The notes under the pieces: model-generated
Told to the model about the DNA's origin: nothing
Databases searched by the model: none
What the model saw: the letters and a program-made list of their open reading frames with translations, nothing else
Shown: positions 51,562 to 60,921 of the stretch, one piece after another
Layout of the letters: each line of letters begins with the position of its first letter
Numbering within the stretch: the stretch's first letter is position 1
Assembly: GCA_963726245.1 (NCBI GenBank)
Contig: CAVSBT010000019.1
Coordinates: 32,001-96,000, forward strand
Source: an uncultured Chloroflexia bacterium
GTDB lineage: Bacteria > Chloroflexota > Dehalococcoidia > DSTF01 > JALHUB01
Length of the DNA: 64,000 nucleotides
Direction of reading: 5' to 3'
Translations under genes and position numbers: made by a program

Positions 51562-51734
51562 CGATGATCTAGACACAGGCCCCGGATACCGGGGCCTGCG
51601 ACTTTCCGCTCTGGGTTGGCGCCCGCCTTTTCTTGTGCAGCCCAGCAATCCACGTCCCACCGGCGATCGTAAAATATAGTGAGGAGGAGAGAAAGCAAGG
51701 TCGCACTCACCGCCTCCTTGGTTAGCCCCCGTCC

Positions 51735-51792
51735 CCAAGCACCCTTGGGCGCGTTCCCCGCCACCAGCGCGCGTCCAAGGGTGCTTGGTTTT
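51735..51792 (+). terminator. 19-bp hairpin with U-tract on the + strand, downstream of selC
   Basis: ccaagcacccttgggcgcg / cgcgtccaagggtgcttgg-tttt. Confidence 0.65.
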
Positions 51793-51806
51793 GTGCTCGA
51801 ATCTGT

Positions 51807-51904
51807 TGGCGGGAGTGGGAGGGAGTCGAACCCACCCAGGACGGCGCTGACCGCCCCGCAACGGTTTTGAAGACCGCGAGGCCCACCGGAACCCATCCAC
51901 TCCC
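51807..51904 (-). tRNA. selC: tRNA-Sec (anticodon UCA)
   Basis: 8-bp acceptor stem GGGAGTGG/CCACTCCC, G discriminator, encoded CCA, anticodon arm gcggt-CTTCAAA-accgt, long variable arm, GTTCGACTC T-loop. Confidence 0.95.
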
Positions 51905-51915
51905 GCGCCCCACAC

Positions 51916-51992
51916 GGAACCTGGGAACAATGGAACCTTGGGACCGCAGCGCACCGAGAACTGGTTCCAAGGTTCCAAGGCTCCACGGTTCC
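51916..51992. repeat. Inverted arrays of 8-nt units (ggaaccNN / ggttccNN)
   Basis: ggaacctgggaacaatggaaccttggga ... ggttccaaggttccaaggctccacggttcc. Confidence 0.7.
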
Positions 51993-52006
51993 AGCCAACG
52001 GCTATT

Positions 52007-52936
52007 CTACGCCGTGAAGCGGTCGGTGATGTAGTGGTCAGCCTTGATGGCGGCCGTGGCGCCGTCGCCGGCGGCGCTCACCACCTGGCGAGAGGAGTTC
52101 ACCCGGATGTCGCCGGCGGCGAAGATGCCGGGCGCCTCCGTCTCCATCCAGTCGTTGACATAAATGTGGCCAGCCTCATCCATGCGCAGCAGCCCCTTGA
52201 GGTAGTCGCTGTTGGGGTGAAGGCCGATGAAGATGAAGATGGCGGCCACCGGCAGGGCGGACTCTTCGCCGGTGACGACGTTGCGCAGCCTCAGGCCGGT
52301 CACCGCCTCCTCGCCCACGACCTCCGTCACCACCGTGTTCCAGACGAACTGCATCTTGGGGTTGGCGAAGGCCCTCTCCTGGAGGATCTTGCTGGCCCGC
52401 AACTGGTCGCGGCGGTGGATGACGTGGACCTTCGAGGCGTAGCGCGTCACGAAGAGCCCCTCGTCCATGGCGGCGTCGCCGCCGCCGACCACGGCCACCT
52501 CCTGGTCCTTGAAGAAGGCGGCGTCGCAGGTCGCGCAGTAGGAGACGCCCCGGCCCGTCAGGCGCTCCTCGCCGGGCACGTTGAGGCGGTTGTAGTCGGC
52601 GCCGCCGGTGATGATGACGGCCTTCGCCAGGTAGTCGCCCTCCGTCGTCTTCACCAGGTGCCGGCCGTTCTTCGACTCGATGCCCTCGACCGCTCCGTAG
52701 CCCATCTCCATGCCGTACTTCTCGGCCTGCTGCTGCATGGACTGGGCGAGGTCGAAGCCGTTGACGCCGTCCGGGAATCCCGGGTAGTTCTCGACGACGG
52801 AGGTGAGGGCGATCTGGCCGCCCGTCACGTTCCTCTCGAGGACGATGGTCTTGCGACGGGCGCGGGCGGCGTACAGCCCCGCTGTCAGGCCCGCCGGGCC
52901 CGCCCCGATGATGAGGATGTCGTATTCCTGGGTCAC
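52007..52936 (-). CDS. trxB: Thioredoxin reductase
   Basis: IGAGPAG, VENYPG, YCATCD, GGGDAA, HRRD, AAGD. Confidence 0.96.
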   Translation of the reverse strand: MTQEYDILIIGAGPAGLTAGLYAARARRKTIVLERNVTGGQIALTSVVENYPGFPDGVNGFDLAQSMQQQAEKYGMEMGYGAVEGIESKNGRHLVKTTEGDYLAKAVIITGGADYNRLNVPGEERLTGRGVSYCATCDAAFFKDQEVAVVGGGDAAMDEGLFVTRYASKVHVIHRRDQLRASKILQERAFANPKMQFVWNTVVTEVVGEEAVTGLRLRNVVTGEESALPVAAIFIFIGLHPNSDYLKGLLRMDEAGHIYVNDWMETEAPGIFAAGDIRVNSSRQVVSAAGDGATAAIKADHYITDRFTA

Positions 52937-53029
52937 TGGCTACTCCATTACAGCAAGCAACAGGCTACAGGCAACTAGGACCCGCCCCAACCCCTCCATG
53001 TTGCTGGTTGCTTGTTGCCCTGCCCTCGC

Positions 53030-53356
53030 TTAGGTCAGGACGGCGTCCAGGCGCCGCCGCAGGTCCGACTTTGGACGGAAGCCGATGATCTGTCCCACAG
53101 GCTGGCCTTCCCTGAAGACCAGGAGCGTTGGGATGCTGCGGATGCTGTAGTTGGAGGCGGTGACCGGGTTATCGTCGGTGTTCATCTTGACGAAGTTGAC
53201 CTTGCCTTCGTACTCCTGCGCCAGCTCCTCGACGATGGGGGAGACCATGCGACAGGGGCCGCACCAGGGCGCCCAGAAGTCCACCAGCACCGGGCGTGTG
53301 GCCTTGAGCACCTCCGTGTCGAAAGTGGCATCGGTTACTTCCTTGGGCTTCGCCAC
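53030..53356 (-). CDS. trxA: Thioredoxin
   Basis: [16 protein letters not shown]. Confidence 0.96.
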   Translation of the reverse strand: MAKPKEVTDATFDTEVLKATRPVLVDFWAPWCGPCRMVSPIVEELAQEYEGKVNFVKMNTDDNPVTASNYSIRSIPTLLVFREGQPVGQIIGFRPKSDLRRRLDAVLT

Positions 53357-53395
53357 ACCTCTCTCCTTTCCAGGTTCTTTTGTGAGAAGGCCGCC

Positions 53396-53452
53396 TTGAC
53401 ACAGAAGCCCTCTTCGCCTACCATGCTAGTATACCCCCATGGGGTATGTCAA
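53396..53452. promoter_or_regulatory. Divergent sigma-70 promoters with a CsoR-type operator (53431-53447)
   Basis: ATACCCCCATGGGGTAT palindrome; + strand TTGACA-N17-TACCAT; - strand TTGACA-N18-TAGCAT spanning the operator. Confidence 0.8.
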
Positions 53453-53471
53453 GCCTCCCAGGAGGGCTTTC

Positions 53472-53780
53472 ATGGACGAACGCAGTGACGCCGAGACCGA
53501 GACTCTCCTCACCCGGCTGCGCCGCGTCGAGGGCCAGGTCCGCGGCATCCAGCGCATGCTGGAGGAGGGCCGCGGTTGTGAGGACGTCCTCACGCAGCTC
53601 GCGGCCGCCCGCAGCGCCCTCGACCAGGTGGGGCTGCTGTTGATGGACTGGCACTTGGAGCGCTGCGTCCTCGGCGACCTGCCGCACGACGAGCCCCACG
53701 TGCAAGCGCTGCGAGAAGCCCTCAAGACCTGGAACCGCTTTGGGCTGCTGCCCGGCGCCGCCGAGGACCTTCCCGACTGA
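53472..53780 (+). CDS. CsoR/RcnR-family repressor
   Basis: RLRRVEGQVRGIQRM, C.DVLTQLAAARSAL, HLERC. Confidence 0.92.
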   Translation: MDERSDAETETLLTRLRRVEGQVRGIQRMLEEGRGCEDVLTQLAAARSALDQVGLLLMDWHLERCVLGDLPHDEPHVQALREALKTWNRFGLLPGAAEDLPD

Positions 53781-53788
53781 CCCCGCCG

Positions 53789-54772
53789 CTATTTGAGTTC
53801 GGACTGCATGGCCCGCAGCATGCCGGAGGCCGACGCCTCCTTCGCTGTGCGAATGGCGTTCTTGATCGCCTGCGCGCGGCTACGCCCGTGGCAGATGATG
53901 ACCACGCCGTTCACCCCCAACAGCGGCACGCCCCCATACTCGGCGTAGTCCAAGCGCCGGCGCATGTCGCGCAGGGCGTCCAGCATGAGGAGGGCGCCCA
54001 GGCGGTAGCGGAGGCGGCTCTCGACCACTTGGCGCAGTTCGCGAAAGACGAACTCCGCTATCCCCTCGCCCATCTTGACAGCCACGTTGCCCGTGAAGCC
54101 GTCTGAGACCACCACCTCCACGGCGCCGTTCATGATGTCCTTCCCCTCCACGTTGCCCACGAAGTTGAGGGACGAGCCGTTGAGCCGGCCGTACACCTCC
54201 CGCGTCAGGGCGTTGCCTTTGCTCTTCTCCTCGCCGATGCTGAGAAGTCCCACCCGCGGTCGCTCCGCCCCGTAGACGCGCTCCATGTAGATGGAGCCCA
54301 TGTGGGCGAACTGGACAAGGTACGAGGCCTTGCAGTCGGCATTGGCGCCCACGTCCAGCGCCAGCACTCCGTACTTGCCCGTGGGGAAGTAGGCGCTCAG
54401 GGCCGGCCTCTTGATGCCGCCCAGTCTTCCCAGCACCAGTAGGGCCGAGGCCACCACAGCCCCGGTGTTCCCGGCCGAGACCACGGCGCCCGCCTGGCCC
54501 TCTTTGACAAGGCGCAGGGCTTCATTGATGGAGGAGTGGCGCTTCTGCCGCACGGCCTGGGCCGGCGGCTCCTGCATGCCCACCACCTCGCTGGCGGGCA
54601 CCACCCGCACCAGGGGGTCGCGGCGACCCTGACGGGCCAGCTCCGCCTCCAGAACGTCGGGGAGGCCGACCAGCGCCACCTCCACGTCCGTCTCACGCAC
54701 GGCCATCAGGGCGCCCTTCACCGTCTCCGTGGGGGCATAGTCGCCCCCCATGGCGTCCAGCGCGATGAGCAT
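53789..54772 (-). CDS. plsX: Phosphate acyltransferase
   Basis: ALDAMGGD, SAGNTG, DVGAN, GEEKSKG, DGFTGN, HGRS. Confidence 0.95.
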   Translation of the reverse strand: MLIALDAMGGDYAPTETVKGALMAVRETDVEVALVGLPDVLEAELARQGRRDPLVRVVPASEVVGMQEPPAQAVRQKRHSSINEALRLVKEGQAGAVVSAGNTGAVVASALLVLGRLGGIKRPALSAYFPTGKYGVLALDVGANADCKASYLVQFAHMGSIYMERVYGAERPRVGLLSIGEEKSKGNALTREVYGRLNGSSLNFVGNVEGKDIMNGAVEVVVSDGFTGNVAVKMGEGIAEFVFRELRQVVESRLRYRLGALLMLDALRDMRRRLDYAEYGGVPLLGVNGVVIICHGRSRAQAIKNAIRTAKEASASGMLRAMQSELK

Positions 54773-54788
54773 GCGGCCTTTGTTCTCG

Positions 54789-55610
54789 TCAGCCAGAGGG
54801 TTTCTCCTGACGTGGGGACAGAGTCTTCCGCGAGGGGGCGAGGCCCGCTACGAAGATCATTCTAGGGGCATGGAGGTCGTAAGGGGAGAGGTCATAGGCG
54901 CCGTAGAGGTCCCTTGTCTGCAGGCCGGCCTGGCTGAGCAGGAGCTCCATCTCGTGCCGGAGGACAAAGCGCAGCTCGAAGGTGACCAGGCGGCGGCGTA
55001 GCGACCCCTGTGGCCCCCACTCCTCGTAGATGTGGGTGACATGCTGGACCTGACGGGCCGGGTCGGCCTGGCAGCTCTGGAACTTGCTCACCAGCACGTC
55101 CCGCACGGCGTCCTTGCGAGTCCACACCAGGCTCAGGGGTTGCACACCCGGCTCCCACTCCTGGGGCTCGAAGGCGGGCAGGTCGATGACCAGGAGCCCG
55201 TCGGAGGCCAGGTGACGGCGGGCGCATTCCAGGGCGCGCACCTGGGCCTCCTGGCTGCCCAGGTGCATGAAGCCGCCCAGCGCGCAGCAGACCAGTCCGA
55301 AGCTCTCCCCGAGGTCGAAGTCCGTCATGTCCTCTTTCAAGAGGCGCAGGTTCGCGGCCAGCCGCTGGGGGCGCAGGGCTTCCAGCTTGCGTCGGGCCAC
55401 GGCCAGCATGGCTTCCGAGCGGTCGATGCCCACCACCTTGAAGCCGGCCCGCAGCAAAGGGATGGCGACGCGCCCGGTGCCGACGCCCAGATCCAGGACC
55501 GGCAGGTCGTGACGGCGGCCGAGGTTCTCGTAGATGCCGACGTCTTCCTCGTAGCCTGCCAGGTCGAGGTCATAGTAGTCAGCGATGACGTTGAAAGGGT
55601 CTTCGGTCAT
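54789..55610 (-). CDS. Class I SAM-dependent methyltransferase
   Basis: VLDLGVGTGR, GIDRS..ML. Confidence 0.9.
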   Translation of the reverse strand: MTEDPFNVIADYYDLDLAGYEEDVGIYENLGRRHDLPVLDLGVGTGRVAIPLLRAGFKVVGIDRSEAMLAVARRKLEALRPQRLAANLRLLKEDMTDFDLGESFGLVCCALGGFMHLGSQEAQVRALECARRHLASDGLLVIDLPAFEPQEWEPGVQPLSLVWTRKDAVRDVLVSKFQSCQADPARQVQHVTHIYEEWGPQGSLRRRLVTFELRFVLRHEMELLLSQAGLQTRDLYGAYDLSPYDLHAPRMIFVAGLAPSRKTLSPRQEKPSG

Positions 55611-55663
55611 GGCGATAGCTCTGTTACCCTTGTGTTCATTGATGTTCTAATTCGCCAAGGCTG

Positions 55664-55754
55664 GTCCTTCGACCCTTCGGCTGTGCTCAGGGCAGGCAGA
55701 CTCAGGACGAGCGGAACTTGCCCGCTCATGGTGAGCTTGTCGAACCACGAGCGG
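55664..55754. repeat. Composite REP element
   Basis: Near-identical to 9349-9418 plus the 18151-18180 half. Confidence 0.8.
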
Positions 55755-55880
55755 GCCACCAGCCTTTTTCAGGACCTTGCCCGGGCGCCTCCTGCGGACT
55801 GATGGGCATGATATGTTTGGTCCGAGACGCCCTGGGGGTAGGTGGTTCTGCCCGCCCGCCCACCCTGGGGAGAAGTGGAA

Positions 55881-55937
55881 TCTGGGGGACACCCCCAGAC
55901 CCCCGGCAGAGGGGACATGCCCCCTCTGCACTCCCCC
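55881..55937. repeat. REP-like double hairpin
   Basis: tctgggggacacccccaga and gcagaggggacatgccccctctgc. Confidence 0.7.
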
Positions 55938-56035
55938 AGGGCTGTGTCGCGTTGTTCTGTCCATCACACAATCCGCGGCTTCCTCGAAGCTGAGGGTTTG
56001 AACCCTCAGAGATGAATCTCAGTGGTCGATGGCCT

Positions 56036-57213
56036 TCACGGCTGGGCCAGGAACTCCTCCTGGATGCGCCGGCGCAGCTCCGGGTCCGTGAGAACGTCGA
56101 TAGCGGTCATGGCCATGGCTTTGGCGGCGTCCAGGAGGCCTCGCTGTCCGTCTTCGGAGGCGGCGCAGGCGGCGAACTCGCGGCTGTGGATGCCTACCTC
56201 GGGCGGCGCCACGGCGATCGTGGGATGGATGGCGGGCACCAGGGCGCTGACGTTGCCCATGTCCGTGCTGCCCATGTGCCGGCTGGGCTGATCGTGCGTC
56301 TGGCGGCCGACGGCCGCCAGGTTCGCCTTGTGGGCTTCGGCCAGGGCGCTGTTGCTACGCATGGCGGCGAACTGGTTCTCCGACCAGCGGTACTCCAGGC
56401 GGGCGCCGCTTGCCCGTCGCGCCGGCCTCGAAGCAGGCGATGACCTTCGACTTCAACTCGTCCAGGTAGGCGTCGTCCTCCGCCCGAACCAGGAAGCTGG
56501 CCGCCGAGTGGTTCGGCACGACGTTCGCCGCCTGGCCGCCGTCGGTGATCACGCCGTGGATGCGGGCGCTGTCGCGGATGTGCTGGCGCAGGGCGCCGAT
56601 GGCGTTGTAGGCGAGGATGAGGGCGTCAAGGGCGTTGACGCCGGTCTCCGGCCGGGCGGCGGCGTGGGCCTCCCTCCCGAAGTACTCGACCTCCAGGGAG
56701 ACGCAGGCCAGTGCCCGCGAGTGGACGGCGTTACGGGAGCCGGGATGGGTGAGCATAGCGACATCCAGGCCGTCGAAGGCGCCCTGGCGGGCCATGATGA
56801 CCTTGCCGCCCACGATCTCCTCGGCCGGCGTGCCGATGACAACGAGGGAGCCGCCCGTCGAGTCGAGGGCTGTTCGCGCCGCCAAGGCGGCGGCCGCGGC
56901 GCTGACGCCGATGAGGTTGTGGCCGCAGGCGTGGCCAACGCCGGGCAGGGCGTCGTACTCGGCCAGGAAGGCGACGCGGGGCCCGCCCTGGCCCGCGGTG
57001 GCCCGGAAGGCGGTGGGCAGGCCGCAGATCCCCCTCTCGACCTGGAATCCGGCCTTTCTCCAGGAGTTCGCAGAGCCAGGCGCTGGCCTTGTGCTCCTGG
57101 AGGCCCGCCTCTGGGTTGTCGTGGATGCGGCGGCTCAGGTCGATGAGCTCTTGCCGGTGGACCTCGACCTCGGCGACGGCGCGGGCTTTGAGACGTTCCT
57201 TGTCAATGGCCAT
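56036..57213 (-). CDS. M20 amidohydrolase (Acy1L2-like); two frameshifts
   Basis: IHDNPE, EYDALP..GHACGHN, GTPAEE, GSTDMGNVS. Confidence 0.88.
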
Positions 57214-57410
57214 AGAGTGGCCCCCCGCGCGAGCCGGACGGCGGCCGCGGCATCGAGGCACCGCATTGTAGGGATGCCCCCGCCCGTCCGTCAAGCGGAC
57301 TATGTGGCTAATCTGGCATCCGGCCTGCCAACGTCGGGGCGCAGCAGGCTGCGCCCCTAGAAGGTCAGACGAATAGGGAGCCGACGGGGTTCGACGGGCT
57401 CAGCGCCCTG

Positions 57411-59267
57411 CTACCCGTGGATGACGTCCGCCACGTCCTTGAGGCCCAGCTCCTCCAGCTTCCGGCGGCTGGGCTTGCTGGTCTCGGGGTCCCAGTCGCA
57501 GGTCTCCAAGAACTCCTTCTCCTGCGTCTTCCAGTCCAGGGTGAAGTCCTTCAAGGGCCCTTCGTGCAAGGAAGGAGAGCCCACCAGCCGGCCTGGGACC
57601 TCGCGCTTGGCCGGGTTGCCGCCCTCGCGCACCTCGAAGGCCATGCGCAGGTTGGCGATGCGCTCGCCGGCCTTCAGGAGCTCCTCGTTGGTGGTGTCCC
57701 AGCCCGTGGCGGCGTTGATCCACTCCGGGAGGCGGTCGTTGGGCGCCGCCATCATGATGAACAAGCACATGCCGGTAGCGTTGACGACGTGGACGTACTC
57801 GGCGCCTCCCTTGTGGTGGGCGGCGCGGCCGGTGCCGACGCCCTTCTCCTGCTGGGTGGCAGGTATGCCCCACTGGGCGCGGGGGCTGCCTTCGTACTGG
57901 GTGTGGCGGGCCGGCGTGGCGTCCAGCTTATAGGTCGTGTAGAACTCGGGCTGGTGCTTCGGGTCGTGCATGGGAAGCTCTTCGCCGCCGACGTGCATGG
58001 CGAACGGCTGCGCCCGCGGCCCGAGGCGCTCCGCCGCCTTCTGGATGCCGTCGGCCAGGACATCGCCGAAGCCCTCGCGCTTCCCGATCTTGTGCAGCAT
58101 CTCGATGCTGGCATCGGGGTTGCTCCAGCGGAGGTCGATGCCGTCGGTGTCCTCCTTGGTGATGACGCCGTTCTCAAAGCACTCGGTGGCGAAGGCGATG
58201 ACGGCCCCGGCGGAGATGGTGTCCATGCCGTAGAGGTTGCAGATGTGGTTGGCGTGCTGGATGAAGTCGACGTCGGCGTTGAGGGTCAACGCCCCGAAGG
58301 AGGCGGCCGTCTCGTACTCGGCGCGGTGCGTCTTGGCCGGGTAGGGGTACTTCGGGTTCTCCGACTCCTTGCTCTCGGCGCCGCAGGCCAGCGGACAGTG
58401 CCAGCAGGCGTAGTGCTTCTGCATCCTCTTGTTGAAGTTGTCGCCGAGCAGCTCCATGGCCTGTGGAAAGTCCGACGCGCCCGCGCCGCCCCAGTTCTTC
58501 ACCGGCGAGTCGCCGGAGAAGGCGGAGCCCACCGTGATGCCGGTGGTGCCGTAGGTGCGGAAGAACTTGGCCACGGGCTGTACGAACTCGTCCAGCGCGG
58601 CGCGTACCAGGGCGCGGACCTCCTTGTCGGCGCCGAGGATGATGGCCCGGGAGGAGTTGATGACCACGGCCTTGAGCCGTTTGGAGCCCATCACGGCGCC
58701 CAGGCCGCTGCGGGCGGCCAGGCGGCCCCTCTCGTTGGAGATGCCCGCCATGTAGGAGAGCTTCTCCCCCGCCTCGCCGATGCAGGCGACGCTGGCCTTC
58801 TTGCCGTGGCGCTCCTTCAGCTTCTCCTCCACCGCGATGGCGTCCATTCCCCAGAGGTCGCGGGCGTCCTCCAGGGTCGCCCTCTCGTCCTCTATGTGGA
58901 GGTAGACGGGCCGGTCTGCGATGCCGCTGAAGAGGACGGCGTCCCAGCCCGCGTTCTTGAGGTAAGGACCCACGTCGCCGCCGGAGTTGGCGTCGCCCCA
59001 GCCTCCCGTCTTCGGCGACTTGCCCACCGCCTGGTAGCGGATGCCGAAGAGGGGAGTGCCGGTCAGGAGGCCTGGGAACAGGCCGAGGACGTTGTCGCGC
59101 CCGAGGGGATCGGCTCCCCGGGGTATGCGGTCGAACAGCAGACGTGCCCCCAGCCCGTAGCCGCCGAGGTAGGTGCGATACATCTGCTCGGGCAGGTGCT
59201 CTGCCTCAATGACATCGGTGCCGAGGTGGACATTCAGGATCTTGCCGTTGAAGGCTCGTTCTTCCAT
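57411..59267 (-). CDS. Tungsten aldehyde:ferredoxin oxidoreductase family protein
   Basis: KSPKTG..GDANSGG, GAVMGSK.LKA, CWHCPLAC, EYET, GMDTIS. Confidence 0.92.
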   Translation of the reverse strand: MEERAFNGKILNVHLGTDVIEAEHLPEQMYRTYLGGYGLGARLLFDRIPRGADPLGRDNVLGLFPGLLTGTPLFGIRYQAVGKSPKTGGWGDANSGGDVGPYLKNAGWDAVLFSGIADRPVYLHIEDERATLEDARDLWGMDAIAVEEKLKERHGKKASVACIGEAGEKLSYMAGISNERGRLAARSGLGAVMGSKRLKAVVINSSRAIILGADKEVRALVRAALDEFVQPVAKFFRTYGTTGITVGSAFSGDSPVKNWGGAGASDFPQAMELLGDNFNKRMQKHYACWHCPLACGAESKESENPKYPYPAKTHRAEYETAASFGALTLNADVDFIQHANHICNLYGMDTISAGAVIAFATECFENGVITKEDTDGIDLRWSNPDASIEMLHKIGKREGFGDVLADGIQKAAERLGPRAQPFAMHVGGEELPMHDPKHQPEFYTTYKLDATPARHTQYEGSPRAQWGIPATQQEKGVGTGRAAHHKGGAEYVHVVNATGMCLFIMMAAPNDRLPEWINAATGWDTTNEELLKAGERIANLRMAFEVREGGNPAKREVPGRLVGSPSLHEGPLKDFTLDWKTQEKEFLETCDWDPETSKPSRRKLEELGLKDVADVIHG

Positions 59268-59323
59268 GGCGGGGATCTCCTCCAGAGCGTGGGGACAGCG
59301 GCCAGGCAGAGCCTGCGAGACCG

Positions 59324-59355
59324 ATTATAGGCTCGCGTGGAGCGATTGGTCAATC
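59324..59355 (-). promoter_or_regulatory. AOR promoter with a palindrome over the -35 box
   Basis: TTGACC-N18-TATAAT; GATTGACCAATC imperfect palindrome. Confidence 0.6.
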
Positions 59356-59411
59356 AAGTGCTTATTTTACTTTCCCTATGCCCTCACGTTTGGAGGGCCG
59401 GCGGAGGCGCC

Positions 59412-60660
59412 CTACTCGACGCGGATGCCCGGCGCCGGGAAGGACCGGCAGAGCTCGCGCACCTCGCCGCTGATGCGCTCCAGGACCGCCTCGTCCTCCA
59501 CGTTGGACACCGCCTCCTCCATCCAGGCGGCGACCTGTCGCATCTCCGCCTCACCCATGCCGCGTGAGGTGACGGACGGTGTGCCGATGCGCACGCCGCT
59601 GGGGCTGAAGGGCCGGCGCGGGTCGTAGGGGATGGTGTTGTAGTTGGTGACGATGCCGGCGCGGTCCAGCGCCTTCGCCGCCTTCTTGGCGATCACCTCC
59701 TTGTTCGTCAGGTCGATGAGGATGAGGTGATTGTCGGTGCCGCCGGAGATGAGGGAGAAGCCGCGCTCCCGGAGCTCCGCCGCCAGCACCTTGGCGTTGC
59801 GGACTATCTGCTGTCCGTACTCCCTGAACTCGGGCGTGGCCGCCTCCTTCAGCGCCACGCCGATGGCCGGCCGTAGTGTGGTTGTGAGGCCCTCCCTGGA
59901 GCGCCGGGAAGACGGCCCTATCGATCTTGGCCGCCAGGTCGGCGCGACAGAGGATCATGGCGCCTCGAGGGCCCCGGAGCGTCTTGTGCGTGGTGGTGGT
60001 GATCACATCGGCGTACGGCGCGGGGTCCGGATGCGCCCCTGCCACCACGAGGCCTGCTATGTGGGCGATGTCCGCCAGGAAGTAGGCGTCCACCTCGTGG
60101 GCGATCTCGCCGAAGGCCTTGAAGTCGAACAGCCGGGGATACGCGGTGGCGCCGGCGACGATGATGCGGGGCCTCTCGCGTCGCGCCATGTCGCGCACGG
60201 CGTCGTAGTCGATGAGGTGGGTCTTGGGGTCCACCGTGTACTGAACGGAGCGGTAGAAGCGGGCGGAGAAGCTCACCTCCCAGCCGTGGGTGAGGTGCCC
60301 GCCGTGCGGCAGGCTGAGCCCCATGATCGTCTCGCCGGGCTCCAACAGGCCGTAGTAGACCGCCATGTTGGCCGGCGAGCCCGAGTAGGGCTGGACGTTG
60401 GCGTGATCCATGTGGAAGAGGGCCTGGGCCCGCTCCTTCACCAGCTCTTCCAGCCGGTCGATGTTGCGCTGCCCTTCGTAGTAGCGCTTTCCCGGGTAGC
60501 CCTCCGAGTACTTGTTGGTGAGGACGGAGCCCACAGCCTCCATTACCGCCGCCGAGGCGTAGTTCTCGGACGGGATGAGGCGCAGGGTCTCGAACTGGTA
60601 CCTCTCCTCCTCCCGGATCAGGGAGTAAATCTCAGGATCGGTCTGCTGTAGCTCTAGCAT
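59412..60660 (-). CDS. glyA: Serine hydroxymethyltransferase; frameshift near 59868
   Basis: [45 protein letters not shown]. Confidence 0.95.
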
Positions 60661-60786
60661 GTTCGCCCTCCTCCGGATGCCGTTTTGCCCGGACGAATCC
60701 GCCCCGTCTGTGGGATGCCCGTTTGCCCGTCTGTCCGGCAAACACGCAAACAGGCAAACGGGCAGGTACGCCTGCCTGCCGCAGGC

Positions 60787-60819
60787 AGAAAAACAGCCAC
60801 GTCACGGGCCGACGTGGCT
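60787..60819 (-). terminator. Intrinsic terminator within the glyA leader
   Basis: AGCCACGUC-ggcccgu-GACGUGGCU followed by GUUUUUCU. Confidence 0.8.
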
Positions 60820-60847
60820 CAACGCAGGGCAAGACCGGCCGCCAGCC

Positions 60848-60904
60848 CTAGTCGTGACGCGGCCCGCGTCCGTCTCCCCTCGAAACTACAGTCCTGGAAG
60901 GCAT
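60848..60904 (-). CDS. Putative 18-aa leader peptide MPSRTVVSRGDGRGPRHD
   Basis: RBS AAGGAG 3 nt before ATG; lies between the promoter and the leader terminator. Confidence 0.55.
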   Translation of the reverse strand: MPSRTVVSRGDGRGPRHD

Positions 60905-60921
60905 CTTCTCCTTACGTGGGC

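Noticed and set aside
51300-51660. RNase P-like fragments (GGAAAGUC, GAAAC..GUAAG, CCCGGCU) in the structured RNA region
   Set aside because: The near-invariant GAGGAAAGUCC and ACAGAA.CCGGCU elements and the P4 pairing are not matched
45600-51807. Genomic island integrated at selC
   Set aside because: No duplicated tRNA 3' end or integrase seen, and core nadE lies immediately downstream
51807-53780. Selenoproteins near selC
   Set aside because: TrxA (CGPC), TrxB (CATC) and the CsoR protein all use Cys codons; no convincing in-frame TGA read-through noticed
57417-59330. Long antisense ORFs (57417..59330, 5828..7219, 7712..9061, 9506..10918 and others)
   Set aside because: Shadow frames expected opposite real genes in high-GC DNA; no recognisable motifs
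60820-60900. ZTP (pfl) or glycine riboswitch upstream of glyA
   Set aside because: Only GACUG and GGGGAG fragments; no CGCCUGG P3 loop or glycine aptamer consensus
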